Counted from the first letter of the stretch, positions 10,751 to 20,532 are shown. The stretch is 64,000 nt of DNA from Candidatus Poribacteria bacterium (GCA_965198235.1 OZ240248.1:192001-256000), one strand, 5' to 3'. Notes: generated from the sequence alone by a model not told the origin. Made by a program: numbers and translations.

Positions 10751-11626
10751 ATGGCACACACAAACAAAGCAGCAATTGATATGGACTGGTATCCGCTCTC
10801 TGATGAAGAGATACGCTATTTCGACGACACAGGCTATTTCATCGTCCGAAATGTGCTGGATTCGGATACTATTGAAGAACTCATTGAAGCGAGCGATCGA
10901 CTCATGGCGAGCGATCGACGTGAGAACCGCCAACACAGCTCCAACAACTTATACGACAGTTTCCGAAATTGTGTCTCTATTGACGATGCCTTCATTCCGC
11001 TACTCACGCAGAAGACCATCCTCCCTGTTGTCGTCCAGCTGCTTGGTGCCCATTTGCAACTCATGACCTCACACCTGATATACAAACACCCGGATCCACC
11101 GGGCACACCGGATACGGCTCGCGCTCCGGGTTGGCATCGCGACTACGGCATAGCAACGAAAACACACGGCAACAAGTTACCACGCATTCTGTTAAAATGT
11201 GCGTACTACTTCACCGATCTGAGTGAACCCAATTCCGGTGCAACACTTGTCGCTCCCGGTAGCAATCACCTCCTCAACCGGATTCCCATTCCAGAAGGAC
11301 AGGCAGATCCAGAAGGCGCACTCGAACCGAGTTTACAACCCGGGGATTGCCTGCTGTTTGAAAACCGCATTTTTCACGCGGGGGGTGCAAACTTAACCGA
11401 CCAGATCCGCAAGGGTGCGATGTTCGGCTACGGTTACCGTTGGGTGATGCCGATGGATTATCGGACACAGGAACAGACGTTGTTGGATAAACTAACGCCA
11501 CTCGAGCAGTATCTGGTTGGAGAACCCTTCAAGAAAACGAAGGAATATCATCCCGGCGGTGGTGAAAGTCCACTTGCCTCATGGTGTGAACAACACGGTG
11601 CCCCAGCGGTGAGACCGATCCATTAG
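10751..11626 (+). CDS. Phytanoyl-CoA dioxygenase (PhyH) family protein
   Basis: WHRD HxD motif, VAPGSN, distal FHAG. Confidence 0.85.
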   Translation: MAHTNKAAIDMDWYPLSDEEIRYFDDTGYFIVRNVLDSDTIEELIEASDRLMASDRRENRQHSSNNLYDSFRNCVSIDDAFIPLLTQKTILPVVVQLLGAHLQLMTSHLIYKHPDPPGTPDTARAPGWHRDYGIATKTHGNKLPRILLKCAYYFTDLSEPNSGATLVAPGSNHLLNRIPIPEGQADPEGALEPSLQPGDCLLFENRIFHAGGANLTDQIRKGAMFGYGYRWVMPMDYRTQEQTLLDKLTPLEQYLVGEPFKKTKEYHPGGGESPLASWCEQHGAPAVRPIH

Positions 11627-11683
11627 CCAAAACACAATAACCCGTTTGTGGGAGGGGTGTTTTTGCTTGGGTGTTTCCCCCGA

Positions 11684-12493
11684 TTATGTCAAGGTAACAA
11701 CGTCCTTTTTAACGATCTCTTTCGTGTCATAGTGACCCGCCTGGGAGATAAGTTCCAGCGTTTCCGGTGACAATCGTGTCCTAACCTCCTCCGGCACCCG
11801 ACTCTCACCACGGTGTTGCGGTCTGTAGCGTAAGGTCAGGACGCAACGATATCGGTCTTTCGGCTTCCAAGGCAGCGCACCGTGCGTCAAGAGTTCAGAG
11901 ATAATCACCATATCCCCTGCCTTTGGCGTGACGTTAACGACCCCTTGTGGAATATCATTGGCATCTTCAATCCTTCCGTTGTTATAGAGGTGTTCAGGAC
12001 GATCAAAAAGGGTTTTGTGTGTACCCGGAACAACCAACAACCCACCGTCTCCGGGATGCACATCGTACAGGTAGGGAAAAACGACAAAGTCATCACAAAA
12101 GATTCGACCGTTTCGGACCTCATAACGATTGGCGTGCCATCCGAAATCCTCTCGTGCGCAGTGCAAGCGTAGTCCTTCCGCCGACTCTGACACACCCGCC
12201 CGATCCGCAATCATAGTTCCACGCATCAACTGCGGTTTGTTATTCGTCAGTTCCTTAATAATGGGCCACGTTGATCGATGCAGTGTGAGGGCTTCTAAGG
12301 GTTTCGCAAAGGCAAAACCGTTTGGGAGGTTTTTTGCACTGGAGTCAAATCCGGGGGGGAGCTCTTCGGTAGGTGTGTTGATATATTCACTTGCTGCTTC
12401 TTGCGCTGCTTTCAACTCTTCGTCGCTCAGAACATTCTTCAGGTGAAGGTATCCGGTGACATCAAAAAGATAACGTTGTTCAGGGGTCATCAT
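11684..12493 (-). CDS. PhyH family dioxygenase
   Basis: MTPEQRYLFDVTGYL, GGLLVVPGTHK, LTHGALPW. Confidence 0.8.
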   Translation of the reverse strand: MMTPEQRYLFDVTGYLHLKNVLSDEELKAAQEAASEYINTPTEELPPGFDSSAKNLPNGFAFAKPLEALTLHRSTWPIIKELTNNKPQLMRGTMIADRAGVSESAEGLRLHCAREDFGWHANRYEVRNGRIFCDDFVVFPYLYDVHPGDGGLLVVPGTHKTLFDRPEHLYNNGRIEDANDIPQGVVNVTPKAGDMVIISELLTHGALPWKPKDRYRCVLTLRYRPQHRGESRVPEEVRTRLSPETLELISQAGHYDTKEIVKKDVVTLT

Positions 12494-12677
12494 AGTGCTT
12501 TACTCCTTTGGGATTTACGCAATTGAATGTAGGTGTTTTTGCTTGGGTGTTTCCCTCAGGTTGAACATCAAGTGAACCCATAGCCATCAATTTAGTGCCG
12601 TAGGTTGGGTTGAACGGATTAACCTCTCCTAAAATCGACAGCTATGGATTGAACCTCGAGTGAAACCCAACACAAAT

Positions 12678-13943
12678 CTAAGCTGATGCTACCCACACGG
12701 GCCAGTCGCCCTCCTGTAGCTGCTTGAAAATCTTGTCAAAGGCTTCACTACCATCATCTTCCCATTCATCCAAACGCACACCGGGAGCATAAGATTCGTC
12801 CACGCCCTGCTTCATGAGGCGTTCAGCCTGTTGTAGATTCCGGTAATAGTGCTTTACACCACCGGGTAAAGTGATAACAGAGATGTGCCGATTCCATGTC
12901 GGTTCAGGCGTTTGGGAATACCGTTTCACAGCATCTTCATCCAACACAACACCGAGACCCAGACCGTCAGGTACCTGCATAAATCCACGTTGGACTTTGT
13001 GGGGTGTAACAATTAGGTCGTTTTCATAAGCGTGGCTCGCAGTGACACCCGGTATGGTGGCTGTCGGTATCACGGCTCCGAGATGACACGCAAATGCCGC
13101 CGTAATTCCAGTACCGACATACTGAAGCAGGATCGGTGTATTCGCAGCAGCAAAAGCCCATCCCGATGCCAAAGCACTTTTGACATTCTCGTGGCTACAC
13201 AGCGCACCGTCAAAATCGCCTGCCCGAAGTCCAATCCACGGACCAGACGGGTTGTCGCGATGCACCCTCCCGGATAACCCGACACCGTGTAGATAGAACG
13301 GAATCCGAATCTCTTGATGTAACCGCCGCCAGCCCTCTACGTCGTAGGCGAAAATCGGTTCTTCGAGACCCTTGACGACGGGAATTTTCTCAAGTTCTCG
13401 TAGGATGGGTAGTGCTTTCTCGACATTAATTAACGAGCCGTTGAAGTCGAACTCCACGCGAAAGTCAGGAGGCGCGACTTCTTGAATCGCATTCGATTGC
13501 TCGACAACATCGTAGAAGGCGCGTGCCTTACACTTCAAGCCTCGGTATCCACGTTCAGCAGCGACTTGAACCTCAGCGGCGGTGTCTTCAGGAGACATAC
13601 ACGGCATCCACCACCCCATCGCAACCCACTGCCGAACCTGTTGTCCCATCAGTTTCCATGCTGGCAAACCGAGGTGCTTCCCCATCAGGTCGTAGCACGC
13701 CATGTCGAGATTAAAACGTCCTTCACCCATGACGTGGTCGAACGGATTCGTACCGAGATACGCATCCAGTACCTCCTGATCAAACGGCGGTCCTGGGTTC
13801 TCTGCGAGACCGACGAGACCGGTATCGGTATAAAATTTATAGACCGTGACCAACTCGGTCATCGCGAAGTGGTAGTATCTCTTGCGAATCCGTTCCTCGT
13901 AAGGCACATGCAATGGAATCGCTTCAATCTCGGTAATTTTCAT
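12678..13943 (-). CDS. Mandelate racemase/muconate lactonizing enzyme (enolase superfamily)
   Basis: MKITEIE N-terminus, KxK (KCKAR), DFN, EEP and PDGLGLGV motifs. Confidence 0.8.
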   Translation of the reverse strand: MKITEIEAIPLHVPYEERIRKRYYHFAMTELVTVYKFYTDTGLVGLAENPGPPFDQEVLDAYLGTNPFDHVMGEGRFNLDMACYDLMGKHLGLPAWKLMGQQVRQWVAMGWWMPCMSPEDTAAEVQVAAERGYRGLKCKARAFYDVVEQSNAIQEVAPPDFRVEFDFNGSLINVEKALPILRELEKIPVVKGLEEPIFAYDVEGWRRLHQEIRIPFYLHGVGLSGRVHRDNPSGPWIGLRAGDFDGALCSHENVKSALASGWAFAAANTPILLQYVGTGITAAFACHLGAVIPTATIPGVTASHAYENDLIVTPHKVQRGFMQVPDGLGLGVVLDEDAVKRYSQTPEPTWNRHISVITLPGGVKHYYRNLQQAERLMKQGVDESYAPGVRLDEWEDDGSEAFDKIFKQLQEGDWPVWVASA

Positions 13944-14249
13944 CGGAAAAATTAGGCAAGTCCCTAACTCTTTTAGCGTTGGTGGGATTGCCTACCTCCT
14001 TATCCCTCTTGGTGGCTGTCCGTTGCTTTGGACTCTCTTTGCTGTTGTTTTTTAGGCTTCCGACTTATTCTATCAAAACCCACGAAAAGAATCAAATCTA
14101 AAATACTGAAATTGGTTCACTCCTCTTCCCGTAACGGTGGAACTCTCTCCCTACACACGTTCTATCCGAAACAATGTGCCAGAAGTGTATTATCATACAT
14201 ACAACTTGCCGGATAAGCATTTTAACGCGTGCTTTCCAACCGGAAAAAT

Positions 14250-14278
14250 TTGATTTTTAAGTCCAAATGTAGTATAAT
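14250..14278 (+). promoter_or_regulatory. Putative sigma70 promoter upstream of the MITE and hicAB
   Basis: TTGATT-N17-TATAAT. Confidence 0.55.
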
Positions 14279-14288
14279 TAAAATTAAC

Positions 14289-14410
14289 CAGGACTTACGC
14301 ATTTCCTCTTAAAGTCCCCCTGATAAGGGGGATTTAGGGGGTTAAAAACACTGAAATTGCCACTTTTTGCGTGAGAATGCCCTATATTTGCTCAATTTGC
14401 GTAAGTCCTA
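14289..14410. mobile_element. MITE
   Basis: Perfect 12-bp TIR AGGACTTACGCA (14290) / TGCGTAAGTCCT (14409); TTAAC direct repeat on both flanks. Confidence 0.75.
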
Positions 14411-14565
14411 TTAACATTAAATGGCAACTGAAGTGCCACCGTTTATTCAGACCAAAAATTAGCAAAGTTAAGACAAGTTTTTTCGCTCAAATTTTGTATG
14501 AGCATCTATGGACATAATGTATTCACATATATCAACCTATTGTCAAAAGCTAAACGTCTCTACCC

Positions 14566-14754
14566 ATGAAGATTAGAGAATTGATTAAACTGGTTGAAAA
14601 AGATGGATGGTATCTCATTCGAACACGAGGGAGCCATAGGCAGTTCCACCATCTAACGAAACCTGGAACCGTAACCGTTGCCGGAAATTTAGGCGAAGAT
14701 GCAACCCCTGGAATGCACAACAGTGTTCTTAAGCAAGCAGGGCTTAAGAATTGA
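14566..14754 (+). CDS. hicA: HicA family toxin
   Basis: 62 aa; DGW..RTRGSHRQFHH..KPGTVTV. Confidence 0.88.
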   Translation: MKIRELIKLVEKDGWYLIRTRGSHRQFHHLTKPGTVTVAGNLGEDATPGMHNSVLKQAGLKN

Positions 14755-14767
14755 TAGAGGTAAACTT

Positions 14768-15025
14768 ATGCAGTACGTTGTTCTTTTTGAAAAAGGTGAA
14801 AATAGTTACGGTGCTTATGTACCGGACCTCCCCGGCTGTGTCGCAGCAGCAAAAACATTAGATGAAGTGCAAGTATTGATTGCGGAGGCAATTGAATTCC
14901 ATATTGAAGACCTGCGAGAACAAGGGGTAGTCATTCCCCCCCCATCACCGCTGTCAGATATTCAAGGAGCTCTGCTTGAATCATCCCAACATCTATTTCC
15001 AGCTTTAATCACTGCAACGGTCTGA
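14768..15025 (+). CDS. hicB: HicB family antitoxin
   Basis: YGAYVPDLPGCVAAAKTLDEV...EAIEFHIE; RBS GAGG before ATG 14768. Confidence 0.88.
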   Translation: MQYVVLFEKGENSYGAYVPDLPGCVAAAKTLDEVQVLIAEAIEFHIEDLREQGVVIPPPSPLSDIQGALLESSQHLFPALITATV

Positions 15026-15172
15026 TTGCATTTGCTGGCGAACTCACATTTTGATAACGTTTTTTCTCTCGAATTTAATTGAAAAATAACCTACAATTGG
15101 AGCGTGGATGCCAACGCGTCACACCGATAAACTATAAACTAAACTTCAAGGACTACCGTTGCGGAGCAGGCA

Positions 15173-15454
15173 TTGAAAAACTGGTCGGGATTGCTCCAAT
15201 TTCTATTGTACAGCATCGTGCTCAGCGGTTTCGTCAGGTGTGAGTCGCCTAACCCTCAGAAACAGCCTTATGAAACACTCGTTTTTAAGGTCGATGAAAC
15301 CCGACTTGAGCCTACAGTAACGGATACAACGCTCAGAATCAAAATAGCGGCACCAAAGGATTGGAAAAAAATTGACGATTCAATGCTCACGCAAGTCGTT
15401 TTAATGGATATCAGAAAGAAAAAGGCAGAACAGATTGGGCATCAGGATGCTTAA
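15173..15454 (+). pseudogene. 3'-truncated duplicate of the lipoprotein at 16285
   Basis: Near-identical to the 16285 ORF up to DDSML.QVV, then diverges; the upstream leader is also duplicated. Confidence 0.75.
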
Positions 15455-15494
15455 TCTTTTACCTCAGACGATAGAAAAGTGAGGAAAATCCCAA

Positions 15495-15539
15495 ATGCAA
15501 TCGTTCAAAATTATCGTTGAAAAGCACGAGGAAGGATGA
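15495..15539 (+). pseudogene. Remnant of a HicB-like gene
   Basis: MQSFKIIVEKHEEG* matches the start of the 17366 ORF (MRSFKIIVERHKEG). Confidence 0.65.
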
Positions 15540-15585
15540 TGTGCAGTTGCTGTCTGACGCTTCGCTTTCCATTGGAGGTACGATA

Positions 15586-16212
15586 ATGGCATTTAGCGAT
15601 TTCAAAAAAATCTCTGAAGTTCAAGAAAAATTCAGAATCAAATACACAGCAACTGACTTTTTCAAGGCTGAGGCAGCAAGTGCTCCAGCACACTTTTTGC
15701 AAGAATTCAAGTTTACCATGGAAAACATCAACGTTTTCTCGTCTGAGGCATCCCGCTGTGAATCGATTATCTTTCCCATTTTAAGGGAGACATACAAAGC
15801 ATACGCCGACACTTACGCGCTCTGGATAAGGGAACCGATCACCTACGATGAAACTCTGAGCGGCACGCCGGATTACCTCGTGGCTACAAGATCCGAATTA
15901 GGCATAACTGTTGTCGGAACCCCGTTAATAATATTGGTCGAGGCGAAGAAGAATGACTTTGAGGAAGGCTGGGGACAGTGCTTAGCGGAATTAGTCGCCG
16001 CCCAAAAAATAAACGATGATTTAGATTTCCCGGTGTATGGTATTGTCAGCGATGGAACATGGTGGCAATTTGGGAAACTTGTCGCCGATGCCTTCACCCA
16101 AAACAGAACGAGTTTTAGCATAGACAATTTGCCAGACCTCTTTGGGGCGATTAATGCTATCTTCAAAGCAGCAAGTGAGACAACTGTCACCGAAAAAATA
16201 GTGTATAACTAA
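15586..16212 (+). CDS. Restriction-endonuclease-fold (PD-(D/E)xK, HsdR-N-like) hypothetical protein
   Basis: SGTPDYLV...VEAKK...GWGQCLAELVAAQ; RBS GGAGG before ATG 15586. Confidence 0.65.
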   Translation: MAFSDFKKISEVQEKFRIKYTATDFFKAEAASAPAHFLQEFKFTMENINVFSSEASRCESIIFPILRETYKAYADTYALWIREPITYDETLSGTPDYLVATRSELGITVVGTPLIILVEAKKNDFEEGWGQCLAELVAAQKINDDLDFPVYGIVSDGTWWQFGKLVADAFTQNRTSFSIDNLPDLFGAINAIFKAASETTVTEKIVYN

Positions 16213-16284
16213 AGTGTGAATGCCAACGCGTCACACTGATAAACCACGAACTGAACCGAAAGGACCACCGGCGCGGAGCAAATA

Positions 16285-16911
16285 TTGAAAAATCGGTCAG
16301 GATTTCTCCAAGTTCTATTGTGCGGTATCATCATCAGCGGTTTCGCCGGGTGCGATTCGCCCAACGCTCGGAAGCAGCCTTATGAAACGCTCGTTTTTAA
16401 GGTTGATGAAACCCGACTTGAGCCTATAGTAACGGATACAACACTCAGAATCAAAATAGCGGCACCGAAGGATTGGAAAAAAATTGACGATTCAATGCTT
16501 GCGCAAGTCGTTAACAAAGTAGAGCCTCAACCCACCCCACAGGAACTACAGATAGTGCCACGATGGATTTTCTTGAACGAAAGTTCGCAATCAATGTGTA
16601 TTGTCTCAAGGTTAGATGGCGTGAATATCGCTCCAGATGAAACCTTATTAAATAACCTTAAAACTGCTTACGAAAACCAATTTCCAAATGCAACGGTCCA
16701 GCAGGCAATTTTTATGAAAGATGCCTTTCGCATCCATCAATTAATGGTTATTGCTGCCGATTTTGTACGCATCAAATTGATATGCGACGCACCTGAAACC
16801 CTCGTTTTTGAGGTCGATTACCGCGTCCCCAGAAACGTTTACGAAACTGAACTGCGAGCCATTGAATCATCAATTGGTTCTATTAACCCAATTAACCCAA
16901 TAACCGATTAA
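16285..16911 (+). CDS. Hypothetical lipoprotein
   Basis: Signal peptide ending in lipobox FAGC. Confidence 0.7.
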   Translation: MKNRSGFLQVLLCGIIISGFAGCDSPNARKQPYETLVFKVDETRLEPIVTDTTLRIKIAAPKDWKKIDDSMLAQVVNKVEPQPTPQELQIVPRWIFLNESSQSMCIVSRLDGVNIAPDETLLNNLKTAYENQFPNATVQQAIFMKDAFRIHQLMVIAADFVRIKLICDAPETLVFEVDYRVPRNVYETELRAIESSIGSINPINPITD

Positions 16912-16962
16912 CATGAAACGCTTATAAGTGCATCTTCCAAGCGCGTATCCCAAGGAGGATTT

Positions 16963-17256
16963 ATGTTCAAAAAACTTTCCGCTGTGCTTCTCATCATAGG
17001 AATGTTGTGTGTCATTGGCTGTGCAACGCATACACACAAAATCGGGAACGGAGCACAAGGCACCGATATGATCGAATCACGGCAATGGTATGTGCTGTGG
17101 GGCATGGTGCCGATCAATGATGTTGATACACAGGCCATGGCAGGTGAAGCAACCGATTATAATATCATCACCGAGGTTAACCTGCTTGATGGTGTTATCA
17201 ATGCCTTTGTCGGTAGTGCCTCAATCTATTGCCGCACAGTAACTGTCCTGAAGTAA
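16963..17256 (+). CDS. Bor/Iss-like small lipoprotein
   Basis: Lipobox VIGC, WYVLWGMVP, C-terminal RTVTV; RBS AAGGAGG. Confidence 0.7.
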   Translation: MFKKLSAVLLIIGMLCVIGCATHTHKIGNGAQGTDMIESRQWYVLWGMVPINDVDTQAMAGEATDYNIITEVNLLDGVINAFVGSASIYCRTVTVLK

Positions 17257-17281
17257 CCTATCGCTGGTTCAAACAATCCAC

Positions 17282-17326
17282 GGGCAAAGCCGATATCTCT
17301 TTCACTTTTTGACACTGGCTTTGCCC
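17282..17326 (+). terminator. Hairpin after the Bor-like gene
   Basis: GGGCAAAGCC...GGCTTTGCCC. Confidence 0.45.
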
Positions 17327-17365
17327 TCTCTTAATGAATTTTGACAATCAAAAAGGAAACCCCAA

Positions 17366-17539
17366 ATGCGATCATTCAAGATTATCGTTGAAAGGCACAA
17401 GGAGGGTTATGTCGCCTATCCATTAGGTCTGAAAGGCGTTATCGTGGGGGAAGGGAATACCTACGAGGATGCCGTTGCTAACACCACCTCTGCAATTGAG
17501 TTCCATATTGAAACATTTGGGACGGAAGTACTTGAGTAG
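17366..17539 (+). CDS. HicB-family protein, 57 aa, not in the ORF track; possibly truncated
   Basis: MRSFKIIVERHKEGYVAYPLGLKGVIVGEGNTYEDAVANTTSAIEFHIETFGTEVLE*; RBS AAGGA. Confidence 0.7.
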   Translation: MRSFKIIVERHKEGYVAYPLGLKGVIVGEGNTYEDAVANTTSAIEFHIETFGTEVLE

Positions 17540-17587
17540 GAAATCCTCAGAGCCGGTTTTCTGGAGGGTTATGAGCAAAGCTAAACC

Positions 17588-18661
17588 TTACGGCACTAAC
17601 TGCACTTTAATCGAATCCGCCCCTTTCTGAACCATCTCGAATCCTGTAAGATAGTCCGTCAACGGCAGTTGGTGTGTCACAATATGCTCGACATCGATTA
17701 AACCGCGATGGATATAATCGATCGCCAACGGATACGCATACGGTCCCAAATGCGAACCGTGGATGTTTAACTCTTTCGTGTCTCCAATGATCGTCCAGTC
17801 CACTGTTACCGGTTCCCGCATAACGCTAAATTCGACGAAAGTGCCTGCCTTCCGAATCATGTGCAGCCCCTGCTCAACCGCCTTCGGATGTCCCGTTGCC
17901 TCAATATAGACATCGCAGCCGTAGCCTTCTGTTAAATCCAACACCTCTTGGACAGCATCCGTTTCCGAGGGATTGAGTCCAATATCCGCTCCCAACTTTT
18001 TGGCAACCTCTAACCGTTTCGGCATCAAGTCAATGGCGATGAGTACACCGGGGTTTTTCAACTTCGCTGCACCGATCATACCGAGTCCGAGCGTCCCTGC
18101 TCCCGCAACCACAACGACATCTCCGAACTCAATGTTGCCCCGTTGCACAGCATGGATAGAACAGGCGAGCGGTTCAATCACCGCAGCACTCGCTGTCGGA
18201 ATATCAGAAGGCACCTTGTAAACAAGCGAACGTGCCGGAAACTTCATATAGTCCGCCATGCCACCGTTCACGACCGGTTGAAACCCGTAGATATTGTGGA
18301 CTTGGCAGAGCCAATACTTTCCTGTTCGACAATACCGACACTCCCAACACGGAACTATCTGCTCTGCGATAGCCGCATCACCGATTTCAAGTTTATACTT
18401 CTCACCTGCCCCCGGGCCGAGTTCCACGACTTCACCGATGAATTCGTGTCCTGCAATAACAGGTGCTTCCACATACGGTTTGCGGTGTTCATCGCCCCAG
18501 AAGAGTGGCGCGCCTGTATAACACTTAATGTCGCTCGCGCAAACTCCACACGCGTTTACCTTAATGACAACTTCACCGGGACCTGCCTTCGGCATTGGAA
18601 CCTCTTCGAGACGATAATCCCACGGTTCGCGACACATAATTGCTCGCATCGTTTTCGACAT
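17588..18661 (-). CDS. Zn-dependent polyol dehydrogenase (erythritol/threitol DH-like)
   Basis: GVCASD, GHEF, CWECRYC and GAGTLG motifs. Confidence 0.85.
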   Translation of the reverse strand: MSKTMRAIMCREPWDYRLEEVPMPKAGPGEVVIKVNACGVCASDIKCYTGAPLFWGDEHRKPYVEAPVIAGHEFIGEVVELGPGAGEKYKLEIGDAAIAEQIVPCWECRYCRTGKYWLCQVHNIYGFQPVVNGGMADYMKFPARSLVYKVPSDIPTASAAVIEPLACSIHAVQRGNIEFGDVVVVAGAGTLGLGMIGAAKLKNPGVLIAIDLMPKRLEVAKKLGADIGLNPSETDAVQEVLDLTEGYGCDVYIEATGHPKAVEQGLHMIRKAGTFVEFSVMREPVTVDWTIIGDTKELNIHGSHLGPYAYPLAIDYIHRGLIDVEHIVTHQLPLTDYLTGFEMVQKGADSIKVQLVP

Positions 18662-18925
18662 TTTTTTAACTATAGCCTCCCAGCCTGCTCTCTACTTCGT
18701 TACGAGCAGGTTTTCGATGAGTCTTGATATTCCTTCAGAACCTGTTCAGGCTAAACCTTTTCAGCCCAGCGGGGGTTTTTGCTTGGGGTTTTTGCTTGGG
18801 TATTTCTGCGTATTGATAGGGTGTTTCCCTGCGGATTTCCCTGCGGATTTCTTCAACATCTCTGTAGAGAAACGCACCTCTATACGGGGGTATGCGAAGG
18901 ATCCGCGAAAAAAAAAACAAAGCAC

Positions 18926-18951
18926 GTAGCCCGTAATGTAATGGAGGGCGG
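18926..18951 (+). repeat. GTAGCCCGTAATGTAATGGAGGGCGG REP-like repeat
   Basis: Inverted copy at 19588-19613. Confidence 0.65.
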
Positions 18952-19006
18952 ATTTAAGGAACCCATTTGATAGTCTTAACCCACGTGGTTCCTCCGCAAG
19001 GTATAA

Positions 19007-19519
19007 TTAAAAATGATGCAAGATGTGGTAGGCGGCAATACCGAGCGAGACATGAACGTTCAGGGATGCTCCCGCGCCATACATCGGAAGAAAAATTACC
19101 ATATCACAGGCAGCGAGCGTTCGTTTCGTTACCCCGTGATCCTCGTGTCCCACGACGAGACAGATTTTATCCGGATAGTCTGCCTCATCGTAACGGATTG
19201 ATTGCTTCGTAACTTCTAAAGCACAACTCGTGTAACCATCTGTTTTAAGCGATGCGATTGCGTCTGCTGCCTGCTCTGTGTATCGCCATTTTACCCGTCG
19301 GTGTTTCCCGCGCGCCACTTTGCGCACCAATGGGTGGGGCGGTTGTGCGCTGATACCCGTCAAAATCAGTTCTTTCACACGGCACGCGTCCGCTATCCGA
19401 AACGCGGAACCGACATTCACCGGGTCTTGTACGTCTTGTAGGATAAAAACCAGTTCTCTTTCCGGCGGTTGCACCTGCTTCAGAAAGTCTTTAAGCGGTT
19501 TGCCGCGTAGTTGTTTCAT
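19007..19519 (-). CDS. TrmH/SpoU family RNA methyltransferase
   Basis: QDPVNVGSAFR, VGHEDHGV and SLNVHVS motifs. Confidence 0.88.
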   Translation of the reverse strand: MKQLRGKPLKDFLKQVQPPERELVFILQDVQDPVNVGSAFRIADACRVKELILTGISAQPPHPLVRKVARGKHRRVKWRYTEQAADAIASLKTDGYTSCALEVTKQSIRYDEADYPDKICLVVGHEDHGVTKRTLAACDMVIFLPMYGAGASLNVHVSLGIAAYHILHHF

Positions 19520-19527
19520 CCAAATTT

Positions 19528-19672
19528 TCTAATTTACCTTGCGGTTCGGTGAGGTCGGTTTGGATGTTGACGTTCTTCTCCGTAGACCCGCCCTCCACTA
19601 CGTTACGGGCTACGCGCTTTTCTAAACGCACATCCGACTCTAATTTACCTTGCGGTTCGGTGAGGTCGGTTT
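19528..19672 (+). repeat. Two 34-bp direct repeats (TCTAATTTACCTTGCGGTTCGGTGAGGTCGGTTT) enclosing a REP
   Basis: Identical copies at 19528-19561 and 19639-19672; related inverted copy at 29254-29285. Confidence 0.8.
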
Positions 19673-19755
19673 TATGAAAAAACGTCCATCTTCGTATATT
19701 CAAGCCGGTGCGATGCTTGGAGTTACGATCTCTGTCTTGGAAACTCCATCCAGCT

Positions 19756-20532
19756 TTAAGCTGCCTTACGTTGTATTAAACGTCGTCTCGCGCTTGCACG
19801 TGCAAGCCTGACATCCAACGGGATGTGGTGATAATCACTAATACCGAGGTTAATCGCATGTGCCGTTTCAAGATTGAAGCCCCACTCAATCCATTCCGGC
19901 ATATCCGCTTCTGGAATATCACCGGCGACGATAACCTTCATGATACTGATGCCCTTTCCGAGCGAATAGGCACGTTCGATGTATTCCAGATGTCGGTCAA
20001 AGGGACCGCCTTCTAACATCTTACCCTCTTTATTCGCTGTCGTCAAAATGACTTCAAGTTCTGGATGGTCAATCACCGCATCCATCACAGGACCTGTATA
20101 GATATGCGTGGAACAGCCAATAACTCGAATTGTGCCAGCGGCTTTTGCTTCTCGGAATGCGTCAAGTGCCCCCTCTCGCGATACTAAATCTTCAGGCGAG
20201 GAGATACCGTGCAATAATAGAACATCTAAGTAATCCGTTTGCATTTCCTGAAGAGAACGTGTAATGCTTGCCTTAGCACCTTCATAATCTTTCGCACCGG
20301 TCTTGGTTTGGATGACAACTTCCTCTCGGGAAATTTGACGTACTGCCTCCCCGAGATGCGGTTGACTCCCATAACCTTCGGCGGTGTCCCAGAACGTAAT
20401 CCCTTCCTCAAGAGCCTTTAACATCAGTTTGCCGCCAGCTTCGTAGTTTCCGCAGGTGTTGTTGAGATGCCCTGCCCCAAAGCAGAGGCGTGAAATTTCT
20501 AAACCCGTTTTTCCGTATTCTAAATATTCCAT
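19756..20532 (-). CDS. Aldo/keto reductase
   Basis: GKTGLEISRLCFG, WDTAEGYG, SLQEMQTDYLDVLLLH. Confidence 0.85.
   Translation of the reverse strand: MEYLEYGKTGLEISRLCFGAGHLNNTCGNYEAGGKLMLKALEEGITFWDTAEGYGSQPHLGEAVRQISREEVVIQTKTGAKDYEGAKASITRSLQEMQTDYLDVLLLHGISSPEDLVSREGALDAFREAKAAGTIRVIGCSTHIYTGPVMDAVIDHPELEVILTTANKEGKMLEGGPFDRHLEYIERAYSLGKGISIMKVIVAGDIPEADMPEWIEWGFNLETAHAINLGISDYHHIPLDVRLARASARRRLIQRKAA

Noticed and set aside
18717-18970. Short ORFs reading GFCLGF / GVFAWVF (also 57458-57727)
   Set aside because: Translations of the intergenic insert and REP sequence, not genes
19528-19672. Possible mini CRISPR array (34-bp repeats)
   Set aside because: Only two repeats, the 77-bp spacer contains a REP, no cas genes are present, and a dispersed relative exists at 29254
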